This document shows, piece after piece, positions 9,030-18,416 of a DNA stretch of 44,225 nucleotides. The notes beneath the pieces were generated by a model that had not been told where the DNA came from, did not search any database, and saw only the letters and a program-made list of their open reading frames with translations. Position 1 is the first letter of the stretch, and each line of letters begins with the position of its first letter. This stretch comes from an uncultured Coriobacteriaceae bacterium (lineage in GTDB: Bacteria > Actinomycetota > Coriobacteriia > Coriobacteriales > Eggerthellaceae), in contig CADAKR010000008.1 of NCBI GenBank assembly GCA_902788545.1, positions 1 through 44,225 of the forward strand, read 5' to 3'. The translations under genes were made by a program, and so were the position numbers.

Positions 9030-9443
9030 TTAGCCGCCGTCGGCGAACAGGCCCGAGAACATCATGCCGTCGGGGTCGCTCACATCGCCCGTCGACGCCC
9101 CCATGATGAATTCGTGGGAGCTGCGAACGGCGCCGGCCGAAGAGCCGATCTGCGTGCCGAACATGGTGATGACACCCGCGCTCGTCTCGCACTTGATGTC
9201 GATGGAATTGCCCCAGATGCTTCCCTTGGCGACGTAGTCGATCTGGCCGACCGAGGGAAACTCGCCAGCGCCCTCGAACGTGAACTCCTTGCCCTCGCAC
9301 GTGCCGGCGAAACGCGCCTCTTTCAGGTCCTCGCCCACGCTCAGGATCGCCGCGATCTTGTCGCCGTTGCTCTTCAGCGTCAACGTGCCGCGGCGGTGAA
9401 TCTTCGGCGTGTCAACCGCAATGTCGTACAGTCCGTCAATCAT
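9030..9443 (-). CDS. Hypothetical small protein (137 aa)
   Basis: The ATG is preceded by AGGAGA, which overlaps the ahcY stop (TAGGAGACGGCAATG). The composition is coding-like. No family was recognised. Confidence 0.6.
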   Translation of the reverse strand: MIDGLYDIAVDTPKIHRRGTLTLKSNGDKIAAILSVGEDLKEARFAGTCEGKEFTFEGAGEFPSVGQIDYVAKGSIWGNSIDIKCETSAGVITMFGTQIGSSAGAVRSSHEFIMGASTGDVSDPDGMMFSGLFADGG

Positions 9444-9452
9444 TGCCGTCTC

Positions 9453-10703
9453 CTAGAACTTCCAGCTGTTCATGTACGCGATCTGCTCTTCGGTGAGCTC
9501 GTCGATCTCGACGCCGAGTGTTTCCAGCTTCACGCGCGCCACGCCGTCGTCGATGGCGGCCGGCACGTCGTAGACCTTGTTTTCCAGCTCGCTCGCATGC
9601 TGGTAGAGGTACTCGGCGGCCAACGCCTGGTTTGCGAAGCTCATGTCCATGACGGAAGCCGGATGGCCCTCGGCGCACGCCAGGTTCACGAGGCGGCCCT
9701 GCGCCAGCAACACGACCTTGCGGCCGTCGGTCAGCGTGTACTCCTCGACGAGCGGCTTCAGCTCGACCTTCGACGTCGAGTTCTCCTCGAGCCAGGTGAT
9801 GTTGATCTCGGAGTCGAAGTGGCCCGAGTTGCACAGGATGGCGCCGTCCTTCATGTTCTCGAAGGCGGGGGCGTCGACGACCTTGCAATCGCCGGTGACG
9901 GTCACCCACACGTCGCAGAAGCGCGCGGCCTCTGCGGCGGGCATGACCTCGTAGCCCTCCATGTGGGCCTCGAGCGCCTTGAGCGGGTCGACTTCGCACA
10001 CGATGACGCGCATGCCCATGCCCTTGGCGCGCAACGCCAGGCCGCTGCCACAGTAGCCATAACCCGAGATGACGATCGTGCGGCCGCACAGCAGGCGGTT
10101 CGTGGCGCGCACGATGCCGTCGAGGGTCGACTGGCCCGTGCCGTAGTGGTTGTCGAAGCAGTGCTTGGTGTTGGCGTCGTTGATGTTGAAGACGGGATAG
10201 CCCAGCGCGCCCTCGGCAGCCATGGCGGCCAAGCGCACGACGCCGGTGGTCGTCTCCTCGGTGCCGCCGATGACGCCGGCCAGCTTGTCGGTGAAGCGCG
10301 TGTGCAGCGCGGTGTCGAGGTCGGCGCCGTCGTCCATGATGATCTGCGGATCCGTGGCAACCACCGCATCGATGTGGCGGTTGTAGGTGTCGGCGTCCTC
10401 GCCGGCAATGGCGTACACGTCGACGCCGAAGTCGCGCACGAGCGAGGCGGCCGTGTCGTCCTGCGTGGACAGCGGGTTGGACGCGCACAGCGTCACCTTC
10501 GCACCCGATGCCACGAGCGCCCGCATGAGGTTGGCGGTCTCGGTGGTCACGTGCATGCACGCGCCGATACGCACGCCCTCGAGGGGCTTTTCCGCCTCGA
10601 AGCGCTCGCGGATGCGCGTGAGCACCGGCATGTCGCGCTCGGCCCACAGGATGCGCGCAAGCCCCGCGTCTGCCAGGTTGATGTCCTTGATTTCATATGC
10701 CAT
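9453..10703 (-). CDS. ahcY: Adenosylhomocysteinase
   Basis: 416 aa. It has the characteristic N terminus MAYEIKDINLADAGLARILWAERDMPVL and an NAD-binding segment ISGYGYCGSG. AGGGAGAAGAGG RBS. Confidence 0.95.
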   Translation of the reverse strand: MAYEIKDINLADAGLARILWAERDMPVLTRIRERFEAEKPLEGVRIGACMHVTTETANLMRALVASGAKVTLCASNPLSTQDDTAASLVRDFGVDVYAIAGEDADTYNRHIDAVVATDPQIIMDDGADLDTALHTRFTDKLAGVIGGTEETTTGVVRLAAMAAEGALGYPVFNINDANTKHCFDNHYGTGQSTLDGIVRATNRLLCGRTIVISGYGYCGSGLALRAKGMGMRVIVCEVDPLKALEAHMEGYEVMPAAEAARFCDVWVTVTGDCKVVDAPAFENMKDGAILCNSGHFDSEINITWLEENSTSKVELKPLVEEYTLTDGRKVVLLAQGRLVNLACAEGHPASVMDMSFANQALAAEYLYQHASELENKVYDVPAAIDDGVARVKLETLGVEIDELTEEQIAYMNSWKF

Positions 10704-10795
10704 GGGAACCTCTTCTCCCTACGTCGTTGGTAGCGTGTCCAAGGGTATCACAAGCGAGCTTCGTTGGGCCGGCATTGGCACGCAGCCCGACAAGA

Positions 10796-11686
10796 CTAGA
10801 ACGTCGCCTTGTGGATCATCTCGCGCAAAAGGCGGGCGGCTTTCTCGTTGATCTTGGGAATGCGGTCGTCCATGAGCGCGAGCAGGTTCTCGCGATCGCC
10901 CGGCAGCAAGCCCTCGAAACGGACGATGTCGCTATCGTGCGAGCAGATGATCATAGACGGGCTTTGCAGACGCTCGACAAAGGTGCGAATCTCCTGCGCC
11001 GTCTCGACCTCGGTGGCGGGCGACCAGCGGCCAGCGGCGATGTCTTCGGCAAGCGGCCAGGTTTTCGCCGGCGTCAACGTGACGATGAGCACGGTTTTAG
11101 GCGATGCCTTCCCGAACACCTCGGCCGACGCAATGGCGTTTTGCTGCCCCTTCCCCGCCCCCGCAAGGCCCGCCAAGTAGAAGAACGTGAAATCGATGCC
11201 CGCTTCGCGCAGGCGCCCGGCCTGCTCGACGAGGTCGACGGCCGTTTGCCCCTTTTCCATGAACGCGAGCACTTCGTCCCAGCCGCTCTCCGCGCCAACG
11301 GCGATGTCGTTCACGCCGCGCGCCGCCAACGTAGCCAGCTCGTCATCGCTTTTCGCGGCAATGTCCATGATGCGGCAAAACCCGCCGTAGCTGTTCACCG
11401 TGGGAATGCGTTTCTCGACCTCGTCGAAGATTTCAACCAAGCGTTTGGTCGGCAGCGCGAAGGGATTGCCACCCGTCAGGTAGATGCGGCGCGTCAGCAA
11501 CGTGGCCACACGCGCGATCTCGTCGATATCCTCGACGATTTCGGCCATCGGCGACGGACGGAACGGAATGCCGTTGTAGATGTCGCAGAAGCGGCATTTT
11601 CCATGCGTGCAACCGTCGGAAACTTGAAGCATCGGGCAGCTCATGTCGCGCGGCGGCCTGTGCTGCGGTCTGTCAATATGGCTCAT
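10796..11686 (-). CDS. Radical SAM protein, function unknown
   Basis: 296 aa with the CTHGKCRFC (CxxxCxxC) cluster near the N terminus. GGAAGGA RBS. Confidence 0.85.
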   Translation of the reverse strand: MSHIDRPQHRPPRDMSCPMLQVSDGCTHGKCRFCDIYNGIPFRPSPMAEIVEDIDEIARVATLLTRRIYLTGGNPFALPTKRLVEIFDEVEKRIPTVNSYGGFCRIMDIAAKSDDELATLAARGVNDIAVGAESGWDEVLAFMEKGQTAVDLVEQAGRLREAGIDFTFFYLAGLAGAGKGQQNAIASAEVFGKASPKTVLIVTLTPAKTWPLAEDIAAGRWSPATEVETAQEIRTFVERLQSPSMIICSHDSDIVRFEGLLPGDRENLLALMDDRIPKINEKAARLLREMIHKATF

Positions 11687-12008
11687 GTGGATTCCTTCCG
11701 CTTAATCCATCTAATGATATCCCAGGTTGCCGCCTCTAATCACGATTTCGGGCCAAACGCATTACCGCAAAGCCATGGGCTCAATGCAAGAATTTCCGAT
11801 TTCATGCAAGGATATCGCCTCTAAGTACGACCCGCTGCAGGAATAACTCGTACTCGTACGCCATATCGCTGCAGAGGGCCTTCAAAACTCGTACTTTAAG
11901 GCGATAATCCAGCACGAAACCCGAAAAAGCTGCACAATGGCGACTTTCGGCCAAATTGTGTTGCAGTTCCAGAACACAAGCAGCGAAGTAGTGGAATGGG
12001 GATAATAA

Positions 12009-12045
12009 GAAGCGCCGACATACCGTGTAGGTGTGCCGGCGCTTC
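12009..12045 (-). terminator. Possible terminator of the dnaX-ybaB-recR operon
   Basis: GAAGCGCCG / CGGCGCTTC stem, followed on the - strand by TTATTATCC. Confidence 0.4.
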
Positions 12046-12200
12046 CTCTCCAAGATGACGGTGGACCAGTCCCCTCCCAGAAACCTAAGCCCACGTCAAT
12101 TGAAAAGGCGCTTCGTAGCGTTTTCCGCTGACAGGCATTATAGCACCGTTCGCCCCATGAACACCGACAATTTTCAACCCATTTACCTGCAAGGACACAC

Positions 12201-12797
12201 TCAGAGTTCGCGACGGGCCTCGATGGCGCGCGATAAGGTGACTTCGTCGACGAAATCGAGCTCGCCGCCGACGGGCATGCCGCTCGCCAAGCGCGAGACC
12301 GTCACGCCGAGGGGCTTAACCAACCGGGCAATGTAGGCCGCCGTCGTCTCGCCTTCGACGTTGGGGTTCGTCGCCAAGATGATCTCGCGCACATCGTCGG
12401 ACGACAGGCGTCGCAGCAAATCGGCGATGCGCAGCTCGTCGGGGCCGATGCCCTCCATCGGCGCCAGTTCGCCGCCGAGCACGTGGTACACGCCCGAAAA
12501 CGCCCCCGTCCGCTCGATGGCCGCGATGTCGCGCGGCTCGGCCACCACGCAGATGACGGTGCTGTCGCGCTTGTCCGACTGGCAGATCTCGCACAGCTCG
12601 CCTTCGGCGTAGTTGAAGCACCGCGTGCAGAAATGCACCGTGCTCTTCACCTCAGCGATGGCCTCGGCCAGCCGCAGCACGGTGGCGCTATCGGTGTTCA
12701 TCATCCAATACGCGATGCGCTGGGCCGATTTCGAGCCGATGCCCGGCAACCGCTCGAGCTCGTCGAGCAGCTTTTGCAATGCGGGTGCTGACTGCAT
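12201..12797 (-). CDS. recR: Recombination protein RecR
   Basis: 198 aa with the helix-hairpin-helix LPGIGSKSAQRIA, a C4 zinc finger (CTRC...CEIC) and a Toprim region. The start overlaps the ybaB stop (TAATG). Confidence 0.95.
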   Translation of the reverse strand: MQSAPALQKLLDELERLPGIGSKSAQRIAYWMMNTDSATVLRLAEAIAEVKSTVHFCTRCFNYAEGELCEICQSDKRDSTVICVVAEPRDIAAIERTGAFSGVYHVLGGELAPMEGIGPDELRIADLLRRLSSDDVREIILATNPNVEGETTAAYIARLVKPLGVTVSRLASGMPVGGELDFVDEVTLSRAIEARREL

Positions 12798-13105
12798 TAG
12801 AACAGCCCGGGGATGGACAGGCCGCCCGTTGCCGAAGCCAGGCGCGCCTCGCCTTGCTGCGCCACGCCGCGCAGCGCCTCGTTCACGGCAGCCAAGACCA
12901 AGTCCTGCAGCATCTCGACATCGTCGGGGTCGACGACCTCGGGGTCGATTTCAATCGACTGCACGCTGCCATCGCCGAGCGCCGTGGCTGAAACCATGCC
13001 GCCGCCGGATGTGGCGGTGTAGGTCATGCCCTTGATTTCCTCTTGCGCGCGCGCAAGCTCGAGTTGCATCTGCTGGGCTTGCTGCATCATCTGGTTCATG
13101 TCCAT
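12797..13105 (-). CDS. ybaB: YbaB/EbfC nucleoid-associated protein
   Basis: 102 aa; MMQQAQQMQ...GGGMV...V is typical of YbaB. It sits in the conserved position between dnaX and recR. Confidence 0.9.
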   Translation of the reverse strand: MDMNQMMQQAQQMQLELARAQEEIKGMTYTATSGGGMVSATALGDGSVQSIEIDPEVVDPDDVEMLQDLVLAAVNEALRGVAQQGEARLASATGGLSIPGLF

Positions 13106-13118
13106 GGGAGGCTCCTCG

Positions 13119-15092
13119 CTACTCGTCTATTTCCTGGAACACGACGCCGCCGCCAAAACCCTCTTGCAACATGGCTTGGATATCGGCTGCGCCAGACTCG
13201 TCGTCAGCCGCCTGACGCGCCGCAGGCGCCGGCGCCTCGGCTTCCTCGTAGGGTACTGGCTCGTATGCAAGGTCCTCGTAGGGAACCTGCTCGTAGGGGA
13301 TGTCGTCGTAGGGAGCGCTTTGCGCCTGAGGCGCGGGTTCGGGCGCGAGCGCAGGCGCGGGTTCGGGCGCAGGCTCAGGCGCGGGCGCAGGCTCTGTCAC
13401 AGCAGCTGGTTGCGTAGCCGCTTGAGCTGCCGGCGCTTGAACGGGAGCCGCTCCGCCACCCGCCTGCTCGTAGGCGAACGGCACGGCGAATCCCGCGGCT
13501 TTGCGAAGGGCCTCGGTGAGCGCGCCTTCCACATCGGGCTTCTGCACGGCGTTGAACGCGAATGCGCTCTCTGCGGGGAACGTGACCTTCAAGGCGCCCG
13601 CCTCCGCGTCGAAGCGCGCCTTCGTGTTCATGAACAACACGCCGTACGCCTGCTTCTCGCGCTTCACCGTTGCGAGCGCCGATTGCCAGATGCGCTGCAA
13701 CGCCGCCGGGTTGGCAAGGGCGTCCAAACCGCCGGCAGGCTGGCTGGCGGGAGAAGCGGCCTGGGGCATGGCAGGCTCCTCGACAGGCGCTTGCTGCTCG
13801 GGCGCAACGGGGGCTTCGCCAACCTCGCGTGCCACCGGCGCATCCTGGGCGACAACCGCCTCGGGCGCCGTTTCGACGGGCTGGGCGGCGGGCGCAGCTG
13901 CCCTTCCAATGGCCTCGGCGGGTTCACCGGGCAACACGTGGGCAACCGACGAATAGCCCGACTCGAGGGCCTCGATGCGCTCGGCAAGCGCCTCGATCGT
14001 CAGATCCGAATCGGGGCGCACCATGCGCGTCAGGGCGATTTCAAACGACAGCCGCGGGTTCGACGACGTCTTCAGCTCGGCGGACAGGTCGCCCAACACG
14101 CCGAGCAGGCGGCTGGACCGGTCGGCGCCGAACCATTGAAGCTCGCTTGCCAGCTGACGGCGCGTCGTCTCGGACACATCCAGGTCGGCATCGTCGCCAA
14201 CCAGCGCCATCACATACAGATTGCGCACGTGCTCGGCCATGTCGCGCACGAATTGCGCCAGGTCGGCACCCGTTTCCACGTAGGCAGCCGTCCAACGGAA
14301 GCAGCTCGCGATATCGCGCCGCCCCACGTGCGTCATGATCTCGGCCAAATCGCTCGAATCGATGGCGCCCAGCAAACGCTCGGCGCCGGCCAACGTCACC
14401 TTCCCGTTCTCGAACGCGATGATCTGCTCGAGCGACGTCAGCGCATTGCGCAAGCCGCCTTCGGCCCGCTGCGCGATCAAATCGAGCGCCTCGCCTTCGA
14501 ACTCGACATCCTCGGCCATGCAGATGGCCCCGAGCCGCGAGACCATCGTCTCGGGCGCGATGCGGCGGAAGTCGAAACGCTGGCAGCGCGAATGGATGGT
14601 TTCGGGGACCTTTTGCGGATCGGTCGTGCACAGCAGGAACACGACATGGGAAGGCGGCTCCTCGAGCGTCTTCAGCAGCGCGTTGAACGCGGCCGTCGAG
14701 AGCATGTGGACCTCGTCGATGATGTAAACCTTGTACCGGCCGCGCGTGGGCGCGAACTGCACGCGGCTGATGATCTCCTCGCGGACGTTTTCCACGCCCG
14801 TGCGGCTGGCGGCGTCGAGCTCGTACACATCGGGGTGGGTGCCCTCGGCGATGAGCGTGCAATCCTCGCAAGTGCCGTCCGGATCGGGCGTCGGGCCGTT
14901 TTCGCACAGCAGCGCCTTGGCCAGCAGACGCGCCGTGGTGGTCTTGCCCGTGCCACGCGGCCCACAGAACAGGTACGCATGCGACACCTTATCTTGCCGC
15001 AAGGCGTTCTTCAGCGTGCGCTCGATGGGCTCCTGGCCCACCACGTCCTCGAACACCTGCGGACGGTATTTCCTGTACAGAGCTTCAGCCAT
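13119..15092 (-). CDS. dnaX: DNA polymerase III subunit gamma/tau
   Basis: 657 aa with Walker A GPRGTGKTT, the clamp-loader box HAYLFCGP, and a P/A/E-rich C-terminal region. Confidence 0.95.
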   Translation of the reverse strand: MAEALYRKYRPQVFEDVVGQEPIERTLKNALRQDKVSHAYLFCGPRGTGKTTTARLLAKALLCENGPTPDPDGTCEDCTLIAEGTHPDVYELDAASRTGVENVREEIISRVQFAPTRGRYKVYIIDEVHMLSTAAFNALLKTLEEPPSHVVFLLCTTDPQKVPETIHSRCQRFDFRRIAPETMVSRLGAICMAEDVEFEGEALDLIAQRAEGGLRNALTSLEQIIAFENGKVTLAGAERLLGAIDSSDLAEIMTHVGRRDIASCFRWTAAYVETGADLAQFVRDMAEHVRNLYVMALVGDDADLDVSETTRRQLASELQWFGADRSSRLLGVLGDLSAELKTSSNPRLSFEIALTRMVRPDSDLTIEALAERIEALESGYSSVAHVLPGEPAEAIGRAAAPAAQPVETAPEAVVAQDAPVAREVGEAPVAPEQQAPVEEPAMPQAASPASQPAGGLDALANPAALQRIWQSALATVKREKQAYGVLFMNTKARFDAEAGALKVTFPAESAFAFNAVQKPDVEGALTEALRKAAGFAVPFAYEQAGGGAAPVQAPAAQAATQPAAVTEPAPAPEPAPEPAPALAPEPAPQAQSAPYDDIPYEQVPYEDLAYEPVPYEEAEAPAPAARQAADDESGAADIQAMLQEGFGGGVVFQEIDE

Positions 15093-15131
15093 GATGCCTG
15101 CACTTTCCTCGGGAGTTTTCGGTTAATAGTA

Positions 15132-15785
15132 CTACTTCTTGCGGGAATTCAGGGCGCCCTTCACGGCTCCGATGATGGCGGGCAGCACCGACACGAAGAT
15201 GATGGCCAGCACGATGGTGCTGAAATGCTCTTGGACGAACGGCACGCCGCCGAAGAAGTAGCCCACGAGCACGAACAGGCTGACCCAGCTGATGCCGCCA
15301 ATGGCGTTGTACAGCGTGAACTTGGCGAAGTTCATGTGGCCGGTGCCCGCGATGAACGGGGCGAAGGTGCGGAAAAACGGCATGAAGCGCGTGATGACGA
15401 TGGTCAACCCGCCGTATTTTTCGAAGAAGTAGTCAAGCTTGGCCATGCGCTCGGGCGTGAGCGCCTTCACCTTGCCCGAATCGAGGATGCGGCTGCCGAA
15501 GAAGCGCGCGATCCAGTAGTTCGACGTGTTGCCCAGGATGGCCGCCGCGTAAAAGACGATGAGCGTCGCGAAGAGGTTGAGGCCCCACCCTTCCGCCGAG
15601 AACACGCCGCAGGCAAACAGCAGCGAGTCGCCCGGCAAGAACGGGAAGAACACCACGCCCGTCTCGATGAACACCACGAGGAACAGCGGGCAGTACACGA
15701 GCACGGGGCCGAGCGCCGCGATCCACGCCGCGATCTGCGGGCGCGGATCTTTGAGGAAGCTGACGATGAAATCGATGAAACCCAC
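15132..15785 (-). CDS. DedA/VTT-family membrane protein
   Basis: 217 aa, multi-TM, with FIETGVVFFPFLPGDSLLF typical of DedA. Confidence 0.85.
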   Translation of the reverse strand: MGFIDFIVSFLKDPRPQIAAWIAALGPVLVYCPLFLVVFIETGVVFFPFLPGDSLLFACGVFSAEGWGLNLFATLIVFYAAAILGNTSNYWIARFFGSRILDSGKVKALTPERMAKLDYFFEKYGGLTIVITRFMPFFRTFAPFIAGTGHMNFAKFTLYNAIGGISWVSLFVLVGYFFGGVPFVQEHFSTIVLAIIFVSVLPAIIGAVKGALNSRKK

Positions 15786-15819
15786 TGACGGTGGCAGCCT
15801 TTCGCGTCGGACATAGTTA

Positions 15820-15924
15820 GTGCCCCGAAAAGACTAGGACGCTCGTCAGAGGCCCCTTATGGCTGCTTCCTCCCGGACCTGACCAGGTTCGGGACGTGGC
15901 GCCGTCCTAGTCCTTTCGAGGCAC
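15820..15924 (-). ncRNA. ffs: Signal recognition particle RNA (small/4.5S type)
   Basis: The - strand contains ACCUGGUCAGGUCCGGGAGGAAGCAGCCAUAAGG, matching the conserved domain IV (E. coli ACCAGGUCAGGUCCGGAAGGAAGCAGCCAAGG). The 5' GUGCCUCGAAAGGACUAGGACG pairs with the 3' CGUCCUAGUCUUUUCGGGGCAC. The location in the dnaX neighbourhood is the classic one. Confidence 0.8.
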
Positions 15925-16085
15925 TTAGGTGCTGCAAGGGAAGTATAGACGAGTATGTCGCGATACGGTGCCACCAAACCAAAACCACACAGCCACAAGG
16001 GCGCTCGATTGCAGTTGCGAGTCGAACGCCACAATGACCTTCAGGTTCATCTGGGTGGTGAAAACGGCAGCCCCGCGCGAACCGG

Positions 16086-17765
16086 CTAATCGGTTACCCC
16101 GTCCTGCGAACGAATGAGCTTGCGCTTGATCTTGCCGCCGATGGTCTTGGGCAGCTCGTCGGTGTACTCCACGATGCGCGGGTACTTGTACGGGGCCGTC
16201 TCCTTCTTCACCCAGGTCTGCAATTCCCGGGTCAGCTCATCGGAGGGCTTGAAGCCAGCGGCCAGCACCACGGTCGCCTTCACCACCAAGCCGCGAATCG
16301 GGTCGGGTGCGGCGGTGACGGCGCATTCGATGACTGCGTCGTGCTTCACGAGCGCGCTTTCCACCTCGAAGGGGCTGATGCGGTAACCCGAGCACTTGAT
16401 GACGTCGTCGTTGCGGCCCACAAACGAGATGTAGCCGGCGCCATCGCGCCAAGCCATGTCGTGCAGGTTGTAGTACGCGCCTCCGACAGTCTCGGCGGTC
16501 TCGTCGGGCATGCCGTAGTAGCCCACGAACAGCCCCGGCGGATAAGCCTGCTTCAGGCCGGTCACGCACACGGCGCCCTCTTCGCCGTCGGGGACCTCTT
16601 CGCCGTCGTCATCGAGCAGCTTGATGTTGAGCAGCGGCGAGGGCTTGCCGAGCGAACCGGGGTGCGGCTCGATCCACGGGAAGGTGGCGATGAGCACCGG
16701 GCCTTCCGTCTGGCCGAAGCCCTCGCGGATCTTCTTGCCCGTCAGCTTCTCCCACTTGATCGAGACTTCAGCGTTGAGGGGCTCGCCAGCCGTCGCGAAA
16801 TTCTGGATTGAAGACAGGTCGTAGGCCGCCACGTCTTCCTGCAGCATGAAGCGGTACATCGTCGGCGGCGCGCAGAAGGTCGTCAGCTTGTAGTCCTGCA
16901 TGTGCTGCAACAGCTTGGCGGGCACGAACTTGTCCATGTCGTAGGCGAAAATGGTGGCGCCGGCGATCCACTGGCCGTAGATCTTGCCCCATCCGAACTT
17001 CGCCCAACCGCTGTCGGTCACGCTCATGTGCAGGCAGTTCTCGCGGACCTGCTGCCAGTACTTGGCGGTCAGGATGTGCCCGAGCGGGTGCGCGTAGTTG
17101 TGCATGACGGGCTTGGGATGCCCGGTCGTGCCGCTCGTGAAGTAGATGAGCATGATGTCTTTGCTCGTAACCGCCTCGGGGGAACCGGCGGCAGGGCGCT
17201 CCCACGTGTCGGGCTCGTCGGCGATGAGCTCGTCGAAGCTCAACCACCCTTCGCGTTTGCCGGCCACGATCACCTTGTTCTGGATGCTGGGCGATGTCGG
17301 CAGCGCGCCTTCGACCTGCGTGTTCACATACTCATCGGCCACGCACACCATCATCTTCACGCCGCACTTGTTCGCGCGGTACTCGATGTCGTGGGTCGTC
17401 AGCTGCAGCGATGCGGGAATGACCGTGGCACCCAGCTTGCACAAGGCGCTTGCCACCACCCAGTATTCCCAGCGGCGGCGCATGATGCACATGACGATGT
17501 CGCCTTTGCCGATGCCCAGCTTCTTGAACGCATGCGCCGCCTTGTTCGAAAGGCGGCTGATGTCGGTGAACGTGAACGTGCGCTCCTCGCCTGCGTCGTT
17601 ACACCAGAGAAGCGCCGGCTTGTCGGGCTCGACGCGCGCCCACTCGTCCACGACGTCGTAGCCGAAGTTGAAATCGGCGGGCACGTTGATCTGGAAGTTC
17701 TCGTAGAAGTCCTCGTACGAATCGAAGTCGATCCGCGGGCAGTATTTCTTCAGTATGTAATCCAT
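16086..17765 (-). CDS. AMP-forming acyl-CoA synthetase (medium-chain/ACSM-like)
   Basis: About 559 aa from ATG 17765, with GGGGA 8 nt upstream. AMP-binding motifs YFTSGTTGHPK and GYYG, plus a C-terminal GKIKR. Confidence 0.85.
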   Translation of the reverse strand: MDYILKKYCPRIDFDSYEDFYENFQINVPADFNFGYDVVDEWARVEPDKPALLWCNDAGEERTFTFTDISRLSNKAAHAFKKLGIGKGDIVMCIMRRRWEYWVVASALCKLGATVIPASLQLTTHDIEYRANKCGVKMMVCVADEYVNTQVEGALPTSPSIQNKVIVAGKREGWLSFDELIADEPDTWERPAAGSPEAVTSKDIMLIYFTSGTTGHPKPVMHNYAHPLGHILTAKYWQQVRENCLHMSVTDSGWAKFGWGKIYGQWIAGATIFAYDMDKFVPAKLLQHMQDYKLTTFCAPPTMYRFMLQEDVAAYDLSSIQNFATAGEPLNAEVSIKWEKLTGKKIREGFGQTEGPVLIATFPWIEPHPGSLGKPSPLLNIKLLDDDGEEVPDGEEGAVCVTGLKQAYPPGLFVGYYGMPDETAETVGGAYYNLHDMAWRDGAGYISFVGRNDDVIKCSGYRISPFEVESALVKHDAVIECAVTAAPDPIRGLVVKATVVLAAGFKPSDELTRELQTWVKKETAPYKYPRIVEYTDELPKTIGGKIKRKLIRSQDGVTD

Positions 17766-17798
17766 TGCATTAATCCCCAATCAGCTTGCGGCGTTTCC

Positions 17799-18359
17799 CT
17801 ACTCGGCGATGACGGTCACAAACCGTGCGGGTACCGAGCTGCCGCAACGCTGCCCGTGGCGCAATTGTGGGTTGAAATAGATGCTGTCGCCTGCATTCAG
17901 CGCGAATTCCTCGTCTTCGATCGTGACGATGACCGTGCCTTCGAGCACCAGGTTGAACTCCTGGCCACCGTGCGTGACGAGCTTCGCCGGATCGTCCGAC
18001 GGGTCGAGCACGACTTCGAGCGGCTGCATGATCTTGTTGCGCATGCGCCAGGCCAAGTCGTCGTAGTGATAGCCGGGGTACCGGTCGACTTCCTTGCCTT
18101 CGCCGGAGCGCACGATCTGGTATGTGTCGAGCTTGGCAGCCGTGCCGGTCAGGATCTCGGTGAACTCGACGCCGAACTTGCGCGCCATGTGGTACACGGC
18201 CGAAATGGGCACGCCCGCGCCCGTGGCCTCCCAGCGCTTGTACCGCTCGACGTCGACTTCCAGGTCGGCGGCCATTTCCTCCACGGTGACGTCGCACGCC
18301 TCGCGCAAGCCCTGCATGCGCTCACCGATTTGCCGCAGTTCCTCAGCCTCTTGCACCAT
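17799..18359 (-). CDS. XRE-family HTH regulator with C-terminal cupin domain
   Basis: 186 aa with an N-terminal HTH_3-like segment and a C-terminal cupin-like beta region. It lies directly upstream of the acyl-CoA synthetase. Confidence 0.8.
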   Translation of the reverse strand: MVQEAEELRQIGERMQGLREACDVTVEEMAADLEVDVERYKRWEATGAGVPISAVYHMARKFGVEFTEILTGTAAKLDTYQIVRSGEGKEVDRYPGYHYDDLAWRMRNKIMQPLEVVLDPSDDPAKLVTHGGQEFNLVLEGTVIVTIEDEEFALNAGDSIYFNPQLRHGQRCGSSVPARFVTVIAE

Positions 18360-18416
18360 GTCGACCCCTGTCCTTCCTCGAGTGTAGTCCCTTATTGTAG
18401 TGCGAATTCAAAACGA

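Noticed and set aside
9027-10733. 568-aa + strand ORF
   Set aside because: Antisense to ahcY and the 137-aa gene. The composition is low-complexity R/A/G/V/D and it has no RBS.
10704-10795. Possible SAH riboswitch upstream of ahcY
   Set aside because: The - strand has CCAACGAAGCUCGC, loosely resembling the conserved ACAACGGCGCUCAC segment as I recall it (10/14). I could not build the P1/P2/pseudoknot pairings or find the GAGGAGCGC and CAGGCUCGG blocks. cmsearch with the Rfam SAH riboswitch model would settle it.
11802-12053. 83-aa - strand ORF in the low-GC gap
   Set aside because: Its 5' end includes the terminator-like hairpin downstream of recR. It has no RBS and its composition is not protein-like.
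13250-13420. Tandem-looking GC-rich DNA repeats (GGCGCGGGTTCGGGCGC...)
   Set aside because: They encode the Pro/Ala/Glu-rich linker (PAPEPAPEPAPALAPEPAP) of DnaX tau. This is coding low complexity, not an independent repeat element. No A-AAA-AAG-type slippery site for a programmed frameshift was seen.
13026-15788. 920-aa + strand ORF
   Set aside because: It is entirely antisense to dnaX and the DedA gene, both of which have unmistakable motifs. Its Arg/Gly/Ala/His-rich composition is typical of shadow ORFs in high-GC DNA.
15832-15860. Similarity of GGACGCTCGTCAGAGGCC to the family-1 repeat core
   Set aside because: The segment is part of the closing helix and 3' half of a well-supported SRP RNA, so the resemblance is probably coincidental.
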